Source of the DNA: Trichoplax sp. H2
Taxonomy: Eukaryota
Length of the DNA: 64,000 nucleotides
NCBI GenBank assembly: GCA_003344405.1
Contig: NOWV01000120.1
Span: forward strand, 124,001-188,000
Direction of reading: 5' to 3'
The translations under genes were made by a program, and so were the position numbers. This document shows, piece by piece, positions 1 through 15,100 of the stretch. The notes beneath the pieces are model-generated. The model saw only the letters and a list, made by a program, of their open reading frames with translations, was not told where the DNA came from and did no database searches. Position 1 is the stretch's first letter. Every line of letters begins with the position of its first letter.

Positions 1-3000
1 ATATAAATAATTGCTAACATAGGACAGTTTAGGTGTATAATACGATTTTATGATAGTTTGCTAGTCGACTTACATGTCCAATTTTGCCTTAATGCAAACT
101 TTTACATTTTCTATAATTGAAAGTAATATGTAACCAAATTTTAATCTTGCAAAGCATTAGAAAAAATTTTAGTTGCATTGGTAGCAATTACTTAATAAGG
201 TGCTTATGAAATTGCCAAAGTTTTATTAATCGATGTTATTAACTATTACAAAGCATATTTACATTTCCAAAGAGTCAGATAAAAAGTAGATTGAACATTG
301 ATACAGCCATAAATACCGTTTATTTTGCATCCAGTGGCTTGAATAATCGTCAATTTAAAGTTATTATACGGTAATGGATGTGAACCAAGATTTGCCTTAT
401 CATTATCATCTAGACGGTAGTTATTAATAACATACGCCTTAGCGGTAACTAAAATTGGATTTATATAAATATTTAAACGATAGCTAGATATATAACATAT
501 ACGTATTCTCTTTACCAATATAAATATCGACATGCGAATCTAAGGCATTAACGGTATGTCGACGATCGGATGGATATGACTGTTGCATATCATCCAGGGT
601 GTTGGGCTCTCTTAATTTCGGAAATGATTTGCTACTAAGCAGTTTATAATCATTTTTTTCGGCTTTTCCATCCATAGAATTGGCTCTTAGCTCTGTTGTA
701 ATAGTCCCGTTACCTAAGGAATTTGATAACTTAAGCCATTCATCGTATAAAGCATATAAATTATTTTCTTAGATAAAAAGCATACTTAGCAGGGATCTTG
801 TTTCACTATTACTCCTTACAATAGCGTTATCCTCAAAAGAATCAAGCATATCCAAATCAGGAATAAAGTCGAAAGTTGATGAATGATCGCTAGGCGTCTC
901 TGATTGACTATCTAATATCAATTTTATAGGAGATTTCCTAAATTCATCACTTTCTTCATCTTTACTTGAATTCCTAATATAAGTAACACATTAGTTTTAT
1001 ACTAAAATTTTAGTTTCGATATTAGATTTCTGCCTTAAGTGAATCTAGAAATCATTATTATCTGTAGCTCCATTCACAACTATTCGATTAAAACTATCAG
1101 AAAAAGTAAAAGTTTTGATCATATAATTAGTTTATCTTATTTTAAGAGCATAGTAACGAAGCTGACCTAATTTAATTAAACTGGCTTGAAAAAGCTAAAT
1201 GTAGAAAACTATTAAATTTGCAATCTTATTTACAGTTCAATTATTTGCTGCATGCCGATATGCTCTATTTGATAAATTATAAAACGAAGCAGATATGCAA
1301 ATTGTATAGATATAAAAGTGATTCGCAATTATAAGTATTATTTAAGAATGCACTGAATTGAAAAATTAGTCTGGGAGAAGATTACGATTAGGAATTTAAC
1401 ACCGATTTATTATAGGACAAGTACTTCAAATCAACTTGCCGATTTTTCCTAATTTGAGACTGTGGATATTTGATTTCGCTATCTATTGCAAGAAGGGCTG
1501 AGGAGGAATTTCGTGTTGGTTGCAATTTTGAATCATTCGCAAACTCTTTACTGTCCTGTATACAGTACACGAAGTGATGTGAATTAGCGAAGGCATAAAC
1601 ATTGTTAATAAGTAGCGGTCATGGTATCATATATAATCGCACGTAATTTGAATCCAGAGCTTGAAAGGTCAATAGAATTTGGCCGTTCTTGCTGTGATTT
1701 AGCTGATACCATTTGCCTGCAATCTATTCAAAAGAATTATTAACTTGAGATTGCAAGTACTGGTATTTAGTGTATATCTTTCAAAGTCCTCAATAATATT
1801 CCCGTTATTGAGCAAGAAATTGATCTTTTAGTTGTTTTATGTACAAAATAGGAGCACGTAATGTACGCAGAAAAATTTGGGCCACCTTCACTTGCTTCAT
1901 AATATCTTCAAAATTGAATTTTATTGATCCAGCCACAGTTTTAAGTAATCCTTTCTCGATAACACTCTAACAAATATGAGAATATAATTTTAAAATAGAT
2001 CATAAAAAAGCTAAAGCGTGTACTTAATAACACGCAACTCGACATCAATTACAGGATCGCTCCCGCTATTGCAAAAATGGTAATAAATTATGCTACCTGC
2101 TAACCGGATTTCATATTTTTTACCTACTATGTTTAAATTTATGGCACTAATTCCCTAGTACTAATGTTCAACTACGCTTATTTGATTAATTTTCTAAGTT
2201 AATATTAAAATTGCGTTGATAATTAATCACAGTAGTCTTTTGAATATTTTCTAGACGCAAAAAGCTATAAATATTCGTGATGGGATAGTACTATACAGGT
2301 TAAATTTATCGCAAAATTCTCTCGTAACGAACAAGTTAATATTCTAATTATCTTATGTTGTAATCTCTGCAAAATAATTGAGCAAGATTAGAATTTGAGG
2401 TTTATAATACGATTATTTAAGTAACTTTACAGGAAGTAATGCTTTCATAAAGGTGTAGATCATAGTACTTATAAAACGAACGAAAGAAATGGAGTCTATC
2501 TCGAAATCTTTCGTTTTAATTTAGTACTCATTTTCCAAAATAAAGTAGGATAAAGTTACATTATTTCCTTTAATAGAACTTTGTTTAAAATTTTTTAGAG
2601 TATTGCATTTATTATCTAGGTCTGAATATAACAGACATTACGTCGAAAGTATGAACTTACGATTTTTAAAATTCCCCCTTCACTTATAGGTACTTCAAAG
2701 CTTTCGTTCCAAGTTGGCTGATTAGTTTTATTCATAGTTTTAGTCTTGAAGCTACTATGCATGCCAGACTTAATTTCACAGTAGCATCCTCCTCCTAAAA
2801 TATCAGAAAAATGGTAGTAATTAAAACAAGTTATCCAATCTAATGTAATATAACCAACATACTTAGATCGACTAAAGCATGTCTCGAAACGTAATTTAAA
2901 ATAAAATAGAATAGAGTTAAGTAGAGAATTGATTCTACTTTAGCTTTGTTGAAATACGGTAATAATAATACGTTCGTCTTATATAGAGCTTATACCCTTT

Positions 3001-6000
3001 GAATCTTTGTCCGATATATCACGAACGCTGTGAACAGTTACTTGAATTGCTGTTTGAAATCCTATAATTTAATATTTGATTGTGGGAAATTTTAATTTAA
3101 TTAATGCTTTAATAACTTTGCTTTTCTCAGTAATACCATATGCGAAGTATATATATACTGATGTTGGCAATCTGGAATATTCGTATAGGATAATGGCAGT
3201 ATTTAGATAATTGAGTTTATTTAACCTTGAATTGAGGACTGTCGTGGATTAAAGCTATCGATTAGAAAGTGAGAATATCTTCTGACCTGGAATTAAAGAT
3301 AAAAGTTATGATTATAAATTGAAAAGAATCAAATCTAGCTAACCATTGCTTAATCGTTTCCAATTTCACCACATTAATTAAGTTATTTCATTCATTAACA
3401 TTGAGTTGAAAATCTGAGTAGCTAAATATACAAACGCAACCTTTGTACCCTTTCTTCGAATAACTGATTGCTTATTTTCTTCCGCATCATTGGATCGATT
3501 TGGGTCTAGTACATATAAAATACGAGGAACGCTTATTGATGATCATACGTAGGAATTCCAAATATTGAATATCTGGCAATGTAACCAAGATTCATAAATG
3601 TCGAACACTTTTAGAAAATGGGTTAGGAGTAAATATACCGTGATTATCAACTCCTTTATAAGATCGAAATATTATTGAAACAACCAGAAAGCCACATTTT
3701 TCACTTTTGCGATATAGCGGTAGGTTCTCTTCGATTAAAACCGGCAGTTTCTATGAAGTGAAATATAAGTGAATTAAAAATTGAGTACTATTTTGATATC
3801 ATTTCTGTTCGTAAGTCACATTTTAACAATTATAACTGGATTTATTACTGAATCTAAATCAAATAGAATGCCTTATTCTATTTAATTTGATGGTAGATTA
3901 AATTAAAATAATATTGAAAAGACCTGACATCATTACAACTTTTAATCCGGATATGGATCTATTAAAGACTAAACTTACATTATTACATTGTAGTTCGCAT
4001 GACCCCAAAAAGTCGTCTGAACTAAGTAACCCATCGAAATCATAAACTTTAAATTGAATTTTAGTCTGTAAATTGGAATATTTTCAGTTTAGAAAACCTT
4101 ACAGATATCACTTGATAACACTTATAGCCTCATATCAGAGAAATACTGTGCTAAGAGCATAAATAATGTTACAAGTATAGGAAATCCTTAAAAAATCCTA
4201 TAGTAGTTACAAGATAGATATTTATAGTTATTAATTTAAAATTTGGTTACCTCTGAGTAATCTTGAACGAGTACTTCAAGGCTGTATTCCCATTCAGGAT
4301 TTAATGTATCGTGTACTGTTGAGGTATTTCCGATCTAATAAATAACGATATGGAAATTATTCAGTATCGGTATAGTGGTTTGACTAGAAGATCATTAGCT
4401 AACTTCAAGAAAAGAGATTCTAATAGGTAACTTTGCTTGCTTCATTGACTGTAGTTACAAATATTGTATAGATATATTCATTATGCAGCTTGTATGTACG
4501 CATATATATATATTCTTAATAGTCAATATTCAAGTTATTAGATGGGTACGAAAACCAATATATTTTGATTGTTTTTACACGATTGCAACAATTATTGCGG
4601 TTTATAATTTTAAAGTGTAATGTGTAAAGCTGCATTACAGTAGTAAAATAATTTTAATCTGTAGGCTACACTTTATTCTATCACATAAATATGTATATGT
4701 CACATAGAAAACCTTTCGATTTTTCATAAAAACTGTACAATATGGATCGCTATATCCATCTGAGTCCATTGACATTAAGTTTTGACCACGATGAACACAT
4801 ATATATAAGACACCAGATTCTAACGGATAGATAATTTTTGATTAAGGATTTTTCTTGAGAATTTAACCGATTTTAACTATTTTGCTACAAAATTATAGGG
4901 TATACCGCCATCTTGATAATTCAAATGTTGAATTAACTCTGATTCGCTTAATAGTAATTTGATTGTAGGCAAAGGCTGCCAATGTAAGGTCATCGATAGA
5001 GCTGGATTACGTGAATTTATTCTTTGTAGTTCAATGATCCTATAGATTATCAAGTTAAAAAGGTGCAGTTTTGTGGAACGGATTAAACTACTAATGAGAC
5101 AGCCAAAAATATAAAATTGAAAAATGAACTTACTCTTTATTTCCACTTTCATAATTAAACATAGATAGAGATAATTGTTCTGTAGTGATTAAAGTAGTTA
5201 TTTTCATTCTTTTACTCTTAATTTTGACCGAAAGCTAGATATTAATCGTTTAAAATAAACGGCATCAGTTTATATAATCTTTATTTGATTTAGAGCTAAC
5301 TTAAAAATTTTCGTTCAATGAAGAAGTGAGATCAATCTAGGCTATTTTAGCATATTCTACGATAAAGCACAAGTGTAGCCCGTTCTCCACAGAATATTCG
5401 TAGTGAACATAGAAGCAATTTATTATTGATGGGTATCGCGTGAAAATAAAGAAAGTGGCCACGATGAATCCGATATGTAAGATCAATAATCTGTCAATAT
5501 TGATATTGCACTGATAGATTCATTATGAAAAATTAAGTATAGCTACAGAAATTTACCCGATGTGTAGAATTGTGAAAATTTAGCTATTATTATTATTATG
5601 ACTAACCTTTTTCTTTAAGTCAAAGATCATAAAAGGAAAAGTTTCTTCTTGATAATCCTGATTTATTTCATTTGAAACATATCTTTGGTCATCAATCCGC
5701 AAAACACACCACTTGGTTCCATCCTCGTAGTTTGTAGCTATTTTGTAAGTATAGAAGTTGTAATCTCAAGTGTCATGAGAGAATACGATATTATCTATAT
5801 TTCATTTCATTTTTATCTATTGTATATTCGTATATAGATATATGTATATCACTATTAATTATAGAATTGGATCTAACTTTATCTTGATTGTATTGAGTTG
5901 TGTAATGAAAATTTATGTAAATTTATTATTATCTTTAAACCTGTTTCTGAATCTAGTTTTATTCTGGACAATTGGACAGCCAAGATGCCTTTAGCTAATT

Positions 6001-9000
6001 ATTCATAGAAAATGAAAAATGGTGTGTATTATCCTCATGACCTCATATCAGTCTCAGTAATTACTCCCCAAATTCTTGCATTTTAGCATTTACTCTTCAA
6101 GTTTGAAAAGATATCAACTAATACATACATAGACGTAATGCAACTGCTAATCAATAACTGCAGAATTAATCCGTAAAAACTTCAACATTACTACTCTTAT
6201 TACCTAGCTTCAATGGCTTTTTAATTGATGTTTCTGAGGAAGGATCAATATCACCTAGCTTTGCTTCTATATATTCTGGATCTACCATTTCTTCAATGGA
6301 ATTACAAGGATGTTTAAGTAAAGTCAGACGCGGAATTTAATTAGATAATAAGAAATTTCAAAATTATCGTAGCTATTTCCGGACTTTCCATTACTGCATT
6401 TTCGATCATATTTTGGATCCAGCTTTTAACAAGTGGTAGCTCCATTAGCTGAATAGCTCCAAATGTTCTAATAGAGAAGGAAATCTGTGGTCTAGTAGTT
6501 AAATTGTATGTAATGCAAGATTAGAAAGAATTTAAGGACATCGTCAAAATTTATACCCATTCTATCAATTTATAAAATATAGCCATTGCTTAAACTATTA
6601 AGTAAGATTTATGCAGTTTCCGTTTATACATATTTGTCTTAATTACTTTTGAGTAAAGTAAAACTTTAACTTGTAAAAATGGGGAAAAGATACTCGAGGA
6701 TCCAGTTCAATGATTATTTGCAACCGGCCAGTAAAGATAAAGTTTTCTACCAGGAATTGCGTTGATACTCTGATAAGATCAAATGCATTGGTTATGAAAT
6801 TGTTCAGAAATAAAGGTCTCATTAGTGCAGTAAATTAGATTTTAAATAGTGTGTATTCTTTATTTAGGTTAGGATATTAAAAAATACCACCATACTGTGA
6901 GAATCTGACAAGACGATTAGAAGATACATTTTGTTTGTGTAGATCGAATTTTTATTTCTGGCTTGCCATTTTATACTAATTTACTTAAAGTAAAGCTAAT
7001 TTAAATCTCTAACTAACTTTTTCTTGATGAATTTTGCTGTTAGTGCAAAACAAGAATCTTGGGAACAATAATGAAGATCGGCTTCTAGTATTACAGATGT
7101 AGTCTTGGCATGATATTGCTGTTGTGAAGCCGCATCTGATATATGATCACAAGATGCACTGCATTTGATATTCTGGTCGTAGTCGTAGACCCGAAGATTT
7201 CTTAAATGAGGCATGTTGTCACCGAGAGTAAATTCGGAAATTTCAATAATGTCTGCAAAATGAATGTAGTACCGTTAGATTAATATTACGTAGGTGCCGA
7301 AAGACGCTTACGATACCCTAAGAAGAAAGAGTTCTAATATCAAATACATTTAAATAAATTTCAGGCTCAGCATCTTTAAGAAGCTATACAAATTTTAATG
7401 GTAATATATATATATATAAATAATTGGACATAGGATTTATTTAAGGTATATAATGTGAAGAAAGTATTCCTAACAAGTTAAAAGAATTTTTTGAGCTAGT
7501 AAATCTTGATTACACCTTCATTGAACAAAGATACAAGGAACCAATACTGTTAAAAACCAAGACCTACCAATTACATGAGGCTTTGATTCGGCAATTAAAG
7601 GGTCAATAGTTTGTTTAAGTAGGGAAAATATTGAGTTAGCATTAGCTACCCACCTAGCAGGTATTTAAGTGCAAGAAGTGTGAAAAACAAGTAACAATTA
7701 TTAGCTTGAACATTTAACATTAATTTTGAGATACAATAAGCTGAAAGTTCTTGAGGTGATTATTTTTTGGTGATTAAAACTTAGTCACAGTATTATAAGA
7801 AGTAATATAAAAATGCAGTTTCCAAATACGATAGATAAACTTAAATAGATATGATAAAAATGATTTTGATACGCACACAGCTGTTTAAAGACGGTGATCA
7901 TTTACGCAAATTAACACCAGAATCTATGAGTATCATTTTACAAGTAGGCATTTTCTCAGTGTTACTGATTTTAATTGTTGATGTAGACGCTTCGTAACTA
8001 AGTTTTTACAGTAGATGTTGTGAAAATATGAGGATATATCTATGTATGTATCCAAGTTATAAGTATTAGTTAGGACGATCACATTAATGCATCTTTCAAT
8101 TTCGTGTTAAGCAAATATTTTTCATGATATTATGTGAGCCTTAAATAATTACCGTGCTGGATGCGATCTTTTAATTATGTTCATTGATTTTACATATCAT
8201 TGGCCATAGGCGCATGATATAACGGCTATTACAGTTTTTAAGTAGCTTTAATTAAAGCAATCAGTTTTAATTCCGAAAATTTATTACTTTTACGATTGTC
8301 TTGTTATATAACCTAACAACAGATTATCATTAGCTAATAATATGAATTCTAGGAATCTAGAATATTTTACTGTGTTCTAGTTAACGCTTAATTTGTAAGC
8401 TAGTATTGCTTTCATGATTGACTTGCTATATAACTAGACAGCGGAGTATCATTAGCTGGTAATATAAATTTGTGATATTTAGAATGTTTTACTATTTTAC
8501 TTAAAGCCTAATCTATAAGCTAATATTACTTTTCACGATAACCTAACAGCGAAATATCATTATCTAATAATATAAATTCCTTGTATTTAGAAATTTTTAC
8601 AGTGTATTACACATGATAGTAAACAATCTTGTATTTTCAAACCTACATTTTACATTTTACTTTGCTGAGCTTTAATCAGCGAGTAAGATGAACTTGCATC
8701 GCGGCTTGTGTAGATCTCACTTTGATAGTTCATACACTACTCTGTGCTCTAGTTAACACTTTTAATCCTCAAGTTTGGCTTGGCTTTCAGTTATTTAATT
8801 TTAGACACATTCAGCTTTTAATTTATTTTTACTAAATAAAAGTATCAGTACGCACATATGACTTTAGCTGGGAAGTTAACAGCTTTATTATAGTTAAGAT
8901 TCAAAGTAAAAAGTACGACTGTGTCTTCCTATTCCGTATGTCACGTTATCAATACCTCTAGACTTTGCATCCGGTAAAAGATGCTGATAGGCTTAATTAA

Positions 9001-9966
9001 GGTCGGAAATCGGTGATAAAGGTTACAAGTTGGACAGCAATTACCTTTACAATGCGATCAAAATTCTTTGTAAAGTTGGATAGAGTTGGAAATGATTTGT
9101 GATTTCTTAATCTGCAGATTGTTTAATCAAGCTACTGAATCAGAGATTCACGGAATCGATTACTATAAGCATCTTTTACGTATCAGTATCTGCTTTTTTT
9201 ATCGAATCTATACTACCTCGTGCAGTAATAATATCGGGATCTGATTGAGTAAACTTGATACAGATTTTCTGTGTATAATATCGGACTAATAAGTATGTAA
9301 TATACCGCCCATGCTAAAAGTCAAGGCTGAGGTTAGTTGCAGGACTTTTATCGAAGAAAATTCTTTCACTTACTGGTATACTAGTTGGTCTTATTTTTCT
9401 TGTTAATATAAAAATCATAAATGATGATTTGGAAGTGAGAACTTCTATCATAACTTATACGGAATACTGCAATGTATACTGGCTCTAATTTTCTACTTAT
9501 GGTACTGATGGTAATTCCAGTTAGAAAAAAATAACTCTCGATTATTTCTGGTATTTGTTCTTTAGAACTAAATATTAAAGAGTAGATTAGCTACTTACCA
9601 TCGATTGAAGAAGATATTTAACCATTCTGCAGATTCAGCCGATGATAGTGCTTTTTTCCTTAATATTTTATTTTCTAAGTTCATTGCATAATATTTCAGT
9701 GCATTGCTTCTGTCTTCTTTCCAAGTATGAACTAATATAGCGATAATTCCAATAACATAAACAGACGAAAAACGATATAATCCAATGATCCATACAGCTA
9801 TTAAACAACTAATTGTGAATAGTAAAAGTCGATTTAGGGTAAAAGAAATAAATGTGAATGCATTTGGGTCTTCAATACGAATTTGATTTTTTGTTTGTAC
9901 TTCTTTATTTATGTATTTGGTTTTGCTTACTACTGTATTAGATTTTGAACTTTTAAAAACCGCCAT
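1..9966 (-). CDS. Extended synaptotagmin/tricalbin-like ER-membrane contact-site lipid-transfer protein (TM hairpin + SMP + at least 3 C2 domains); multi-exon, 3' end probably outside the window
   Basis: Hand-spliced GT-AG exons. Exon 1 (9966-9598) has a hydrophobic hairpin and ESAEWLNIFFNRW. SMP exons read WVANANSIFSLLKQTIDPLI.. / IIEISEFTLGDNMPHLRNLRV.. / FIFTGRLQIIIELDPRVSFPHF.. / PQISFSIRTFGAIQLMELPLVKSWI.. / MVDPEYI. C2 exons read SGVLYICVHRGQNLMSMDSDGYSDPYCTV (4819-4713), TVHDTLNPEWEYSLEV, IQFKVYDFDGLLSSDDFLGSCEL and FKTKTMNKTNQPTWNESFEV. The last visible exon (~412-262) ends in a GT donor, so the gene likely continues leftward. Confidence 0.85.
8281..8800. repeat. Degenerate tandem duplication (~100-120 bp blocks) in intron 1 of the SMP-C2 gene
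   Basis: Block 'tatcattagctaataatatgaattc..tagaatatttt' recurs at ~8325, ~8447 and ~8556. 'tgtgttctagttaacgctt' (8371) recurs as 'tgtgctctagttaacactt' (~8743). Confidence 0.7.
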
Positions 9967-11416
9967 GGCGGAACTACATGTATATAGATGTGCAGCTTCT
10001 TGAACTGGTCAAATATTTATTCTATCGTCACATTTATCGATGATGATACTTTTATTTAGCAGAACCGAAGTTATTTGGATTTATCACATTTATTATGATT
10101 AGTCTTAAATATGTTTACAACTATCTATAAAATATACTGAATAAGCCGCGACAAGTATTATTCTAACGTAATATTCGATTCCTATTCCTTATAGGATGGG
10201 TTAGTTAATTTAATTAGAGATAGAGATAATATGAGACTTAGCTTCGTAAATAAATAATTTTATCTACACACTAGTAGTTGATAAACTAAATTTTCAAAAT
10301 ATCCAGCAATATTATAATGTTGGATTTAAATATTTTATACTGTAACATGTTATATAAGATTTATTACGGTACTTTGTTTGGTACAACATTAGGAATATTA
10401 GAATGATGATCTTTTTCCTTCTAATAACATCTAAGAATTATCTGATAATCAGCGATTTTACTCATTGTCATTACGCTATTTTTGTTATTTTATATCGAGA
10501 AAAGTTAGTTAAAAATATATCAAATTTTAATTGCTGCCAGAATACTGTGAAAAGAAAGGGAACTGATTATACTACCATACATATTAAATAAGTAACGAAT
10601 CAGAAGCAAATAAAAAACTGGAATGTTATAACCATAAATAACAACTTATGGTCTATAGAAGCTATTTCATCATTACTTCTCATGCAAATTGCGGCCATTC
10701 TGTAAAGTTCACACAGCTTATTTAATTTCTATATACCATCTTTGTATACTGTACTGTACAGAAACTTTGGTATTTGAATAAATCATCAATTTATACTGGA
10801 ATCTTTCCGCAGTGGATATTAATTTAATGCTGTACAGTACACTGATTTCCTAAATTTGGCCTTAGAGATTACTTCAATAATGACATCGTATATAATGGGG
10901 CTTTATGAGCAATTTGTTTAAAAGTGTCGAATAATGAGCAAATTAACGACCATATTGATACCTGTGTTTAGTCTAGGTAAAACTTGTAACGTACTCTTAT
11001 ACAGTACGTTATTGTAAGACCTCGATATTAATAGACAGATTAATTGGACATATTTGGTACGATAATATGAACGATATTTACCGCCACCAATAAATTATTT
11101 GCTTGTCTAGATTAATTTTACATTGAAATTGCTTTATCATATGCTTATATTACTTATTTATCTGAAACACCAAGTTTCTGCACTATCATCCTAGATCTAT
11201 TAATGATAAATCTGTAGTACCTGCAGCACATTAATGCATACAGTGATTGAGCCTGTATTTGAAGATATCTTGCCTACACTGATAAGAGTATAGTGATTTC
11301 ATTTATGAAATTTGTGGCATATGTGGAATTAATTTTATTCTAGCTAACTCGAATATGGTCCCCTTAATCTGATTAGCTCGTTAGATCGAATCTTTAAATA
11401 ACAATTACGCGTGCGC

Positions 11417-11457
11417 GTTACCATAGAAACTTAAGTTGATAAAAGTTGCTAACGGTC
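11417..11457 (+). promoter_or_regulatory. RFX X-box (GTTACCATAGAAAC) followed by a half X-box overlapping a Myb site (GTTGCTAACGGTC), upstream of the axonemal dynein
   Basis: 11417-11430 matches the X-box consensus GTTNCCATRGNAAC. 11445-11457 contains GTTGC and TAACGG. The site is ~750 bp 5' of the dynein ATG, next to CG-rich ACGCGTGCGCG. Confidence 0.75.
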
Positions 11458-12177
11458 TTATAATTTTTTTGAGCCGGACAATCATATGGAGGTGCAGCCA
11501 CTGCGTTATTTGTAATGATATTGATCATTATAATTTATAGTCCTATTAGCTAACTCATACGTAAATGGTGGATTGGATAAAAGTGATTGAGTACTGGTTC
11601 ACACTTGGCGATAATGAATGTAGTATTGATATGATTGCTGTCCCCAATAAGATACTACCGCTATCCGTGTGATGGTTATACACCTATAGGAAATTGAATT
11701 TGACTTGACATCTTATTTCAATGTAGGGTTAGGGTCAGTAAGAGAAGAGGGCTAGCTTTAACTATAGTATGCACATATTAGTGATGGGAGTGCTGTTGGT
11801 CCATAATTAATACAAATATACATATCGCCTGTAGTGTTTATAGGCCTTTCGCTCAAAAGATGCAATAATTCATACATACGGTAAAGATAACTTACCTGCT
11901 GAGTTACAGTCTTACAAATTCTATTACCCAATTAAACAAAATTATCTAACTTAAGATCAATATACATAACTAGTTGCATATCTTGATATCATCGACAAAA
12001 GATTCGTGCTACCATTGGACATCTAATCTAAAATGTGGCGTTATTCTTGCAATATTAAGAGCTTTTAATTGATAATTGCAAAAGCTTAAGCAGATTTAAA
12101 GACAAAATATACTTAATGGTGATAGAATTACTTATGAGATAGTCATTGCTAAGATACTAATGTCTTGAAATACAACC

Positions 12178-15100
12178 ATGGATGGAAAGCGAATTTTACC
12201 TGCCTTAGTAGATAGAAATAAAAGTAGTAGTCCATTAGAGAAGAATTTAGCTACCTTACCCAAGCAACAATTAGAAGTTCAGGTAAATCATCTTGAAATT
12301 ATAAAATATTACAAGTATTCTCCATGGAAATGTTGTAATGAGCTAATTTTTGAATCATAATTTGACTACTAGAAATATAGTAGCTGATATTGAAGCCCAT
12401 TATATAATTAACAATATTAAAGATTGAAATTATGATCTGTACTTTCATTAGGGTATTACGCGACAAGTACTACCTGATGTTATTAAGAAAGCTGAGAATA
12501 ATTCAAGTGTTTATCGAACTACGTTATTGAAAAAAGATAAGGAAAGGATTAGAAATCTACGAAATCGCAACGATGATGAATCTAAAATTAAGGTAAAGTC
12601 GTACTTTAAATATTATTGATAAAAGCAGCAAATAGCGATAGTCCTGTTATTTGCAGTTACATCGTGCTATCTTAGTCCATGATCATAACTTGGTGGTTAT
12701 TGAGACTTGAAATCATCAATTATGATCCGTCCTACAGCTTCTACTGTATCAAATAATTGAACGCAATATTCGTTAGCAATGAGATTTATCGATGAAATAG
12801 ACAAATTAAATTTGGCTTTCAATTGATCATTTCCTAAGCGCATTTTGCTAGTCACTGAAACGGTGCAATTTTTGTCAAATAGACTGCTTGGTATTAATCC
12901 GATCATTCGTATATTGTACTGCTGTGCTCTTCAAATTCTAGACATGACGTTATAGCGGATACCGTATTTAAAATACAGATGCTATTATTTTTTGTTAGAA
13001 ATCCATCTTTATTTTCTGTTGCAGAAAGGCTATTATAGAAGTTAGAAAATGTAGTTTGGGATTAATCAGTGTATCAGATCATCTGTTTATGCTTCATGCA
13101 TATAATTCATGACTTTTGATCCTGGCCGTAGAATTAAAAATACTCAAATCACTAATTACTTTATCATTTGTATTCTAGGCACATAGATACTAAAGTTTCA
13201 TAACTGACTAATTTTATTTGATCATTTATCTTTTTTTGGTATCTTTTACGTCGCGGTCCGTTAACAGTTCTACTAGTGGAAACTAGTTTCTTGATAGAAA
13301 TATTGTTATAGCGTTAATATAAATGATATCATATACTCTTATATTATATAGTCTTAATTGTGCCAATGTGGCATCTCATTAGCTTGAGTCAGTATTTCGA
13401 TATCTATGAGATAGTGATAATTGGTTATTTAAACTGATAATATTAGATTAATTAACAGAATAGAGACTTCATAAGTGGAAATTGGAGCAAAAGTGTTACT
13501 TTGCCGCTTACATGTAATAATATTAGATTACGTTTATTATTATTATGTAATTAGCAAAACGCGACAAAAACTCAGCAAGAAGAAATACTTAGCAGTAAAG
13601 AGAGCGAAGTGGGTATTGATGGAAAATCGCAAGATTGTGAACCAATCAAACCTATTAAGAAAAATGATCAGAGGCGAATTAAGTCTTTCCAACAAGGTAA
13701 TATTACTGAAGGAGAAACTTCTGTGGTTCTGATTGCATTAATAATAAGAAAATGAGTAAACTTTAGGTTGTCTTTCAATGACTTTACATGATTATGTCTA
13801 CCTAAGTCGATTGTCACATTAGTAAATTTGCCTCTCATGGATGATATTTCGTATGTCATCATTATTTGTGGGAAATCAATACTAATAACGAAAGGCTAAT
13901 GTTAACGTGCTCAACCTTGATGTAATGAATAATATGTTGAATAACTATACCGTCAGTCTGGTTTGATGGAAGGAGATGCTTAGCTCATTATATCGCTAAA
14001 ATAATATTTCGTTTTATATCTCGGTAGAAAATCAAGAGGATAATTTGTTAAAAAGGCCCAAAACAGATGATGTTTACGAGTATCTGGTTTGGGAGCGTAA
14101 TCAAATCGGCTTGAGTTCCGATATACAGCAATTTCGAAGACAGCTGCAACTTAGCAAATCTAAACATACCGTCCTAGAAATGGATAATAAAAAGAATGAA
14201 GACCTAAAATTTCTATTTCGAAGGAAAGATGGTGGACAATTTGTCTATGCTTTACCCCGTTCAGGAGAAGCTTGTAATCCGTATGATTTGAAAATTGTTA
14301 ACGCTAGTTCAGTGTTAAAATGTGCTAGCTATTATACCGCTAGTGCAAGTAATATAACTCTGGTAAGTTTATGAAAAGTGTTTAGAAATGAATCATTTTG
14401 ATGAGTTCATTGCTTGTTTTAGTTATAATTATTTTTTAATTTTCTTAATGGACAGTCATTTTGCGAGTTTGGTTGTATTACAGCTAATATATGACCAGCC
14501 TATAATAGCGTGTAAGAATACAATTTTGATTATAAAAATTTTTAGATTAAATCTGGCGAAGAAGTAGAATGCTTGCCTACACTGTTATGGATGCATGAAA
14601 GAGACTTATTTCATCAAATTTGTCGAATTCCTTTCTTTACTAAATTCAGGTAATATTGTAATAATGTAGAGATGCGATTATTACAATTTACAAGTACTGT
14701 ATATGTTTACTTATCATACTATATAAATATTAATCGATGTCGTAGCAAAATTTTGAGCTATAGCATGGAATTAGTAAGTTATTAATAGCCTATAGGAAGG
14801 CGTTACTAATTTGCTACCCTACTGCCATTGATGGATAGTTTTGACCGTATCTCAGCTAGAAAGAAGCAGTTGGCACTGTTTTTGTTTCGCTGGAATACTA
14901 TAATTCCATTCAAAAGATTACTGAGTGGGGATTTAATATAACAGTTAGGATATGCTTTCGCCAATTATAACATTGATATTCTACTAATCCTTGAATACAT
15001 AATTTGTAAACAGTACAAAGTTACAATTGAAGCCATTGATGGCAACTGGATTGATCTTCAAACTTGTTCTAAAATTAAGTCATTAGCAGAATTTGTAGTT

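Noticed and set aside
12697..13862. Nested antisense gene in dynein introns (minus ORFs 12697-12906 and 13668-13862)
   Set aside because: Short, no recognisable domain, and I could not join them by consistent splice phases. Not excluded without RNA data.
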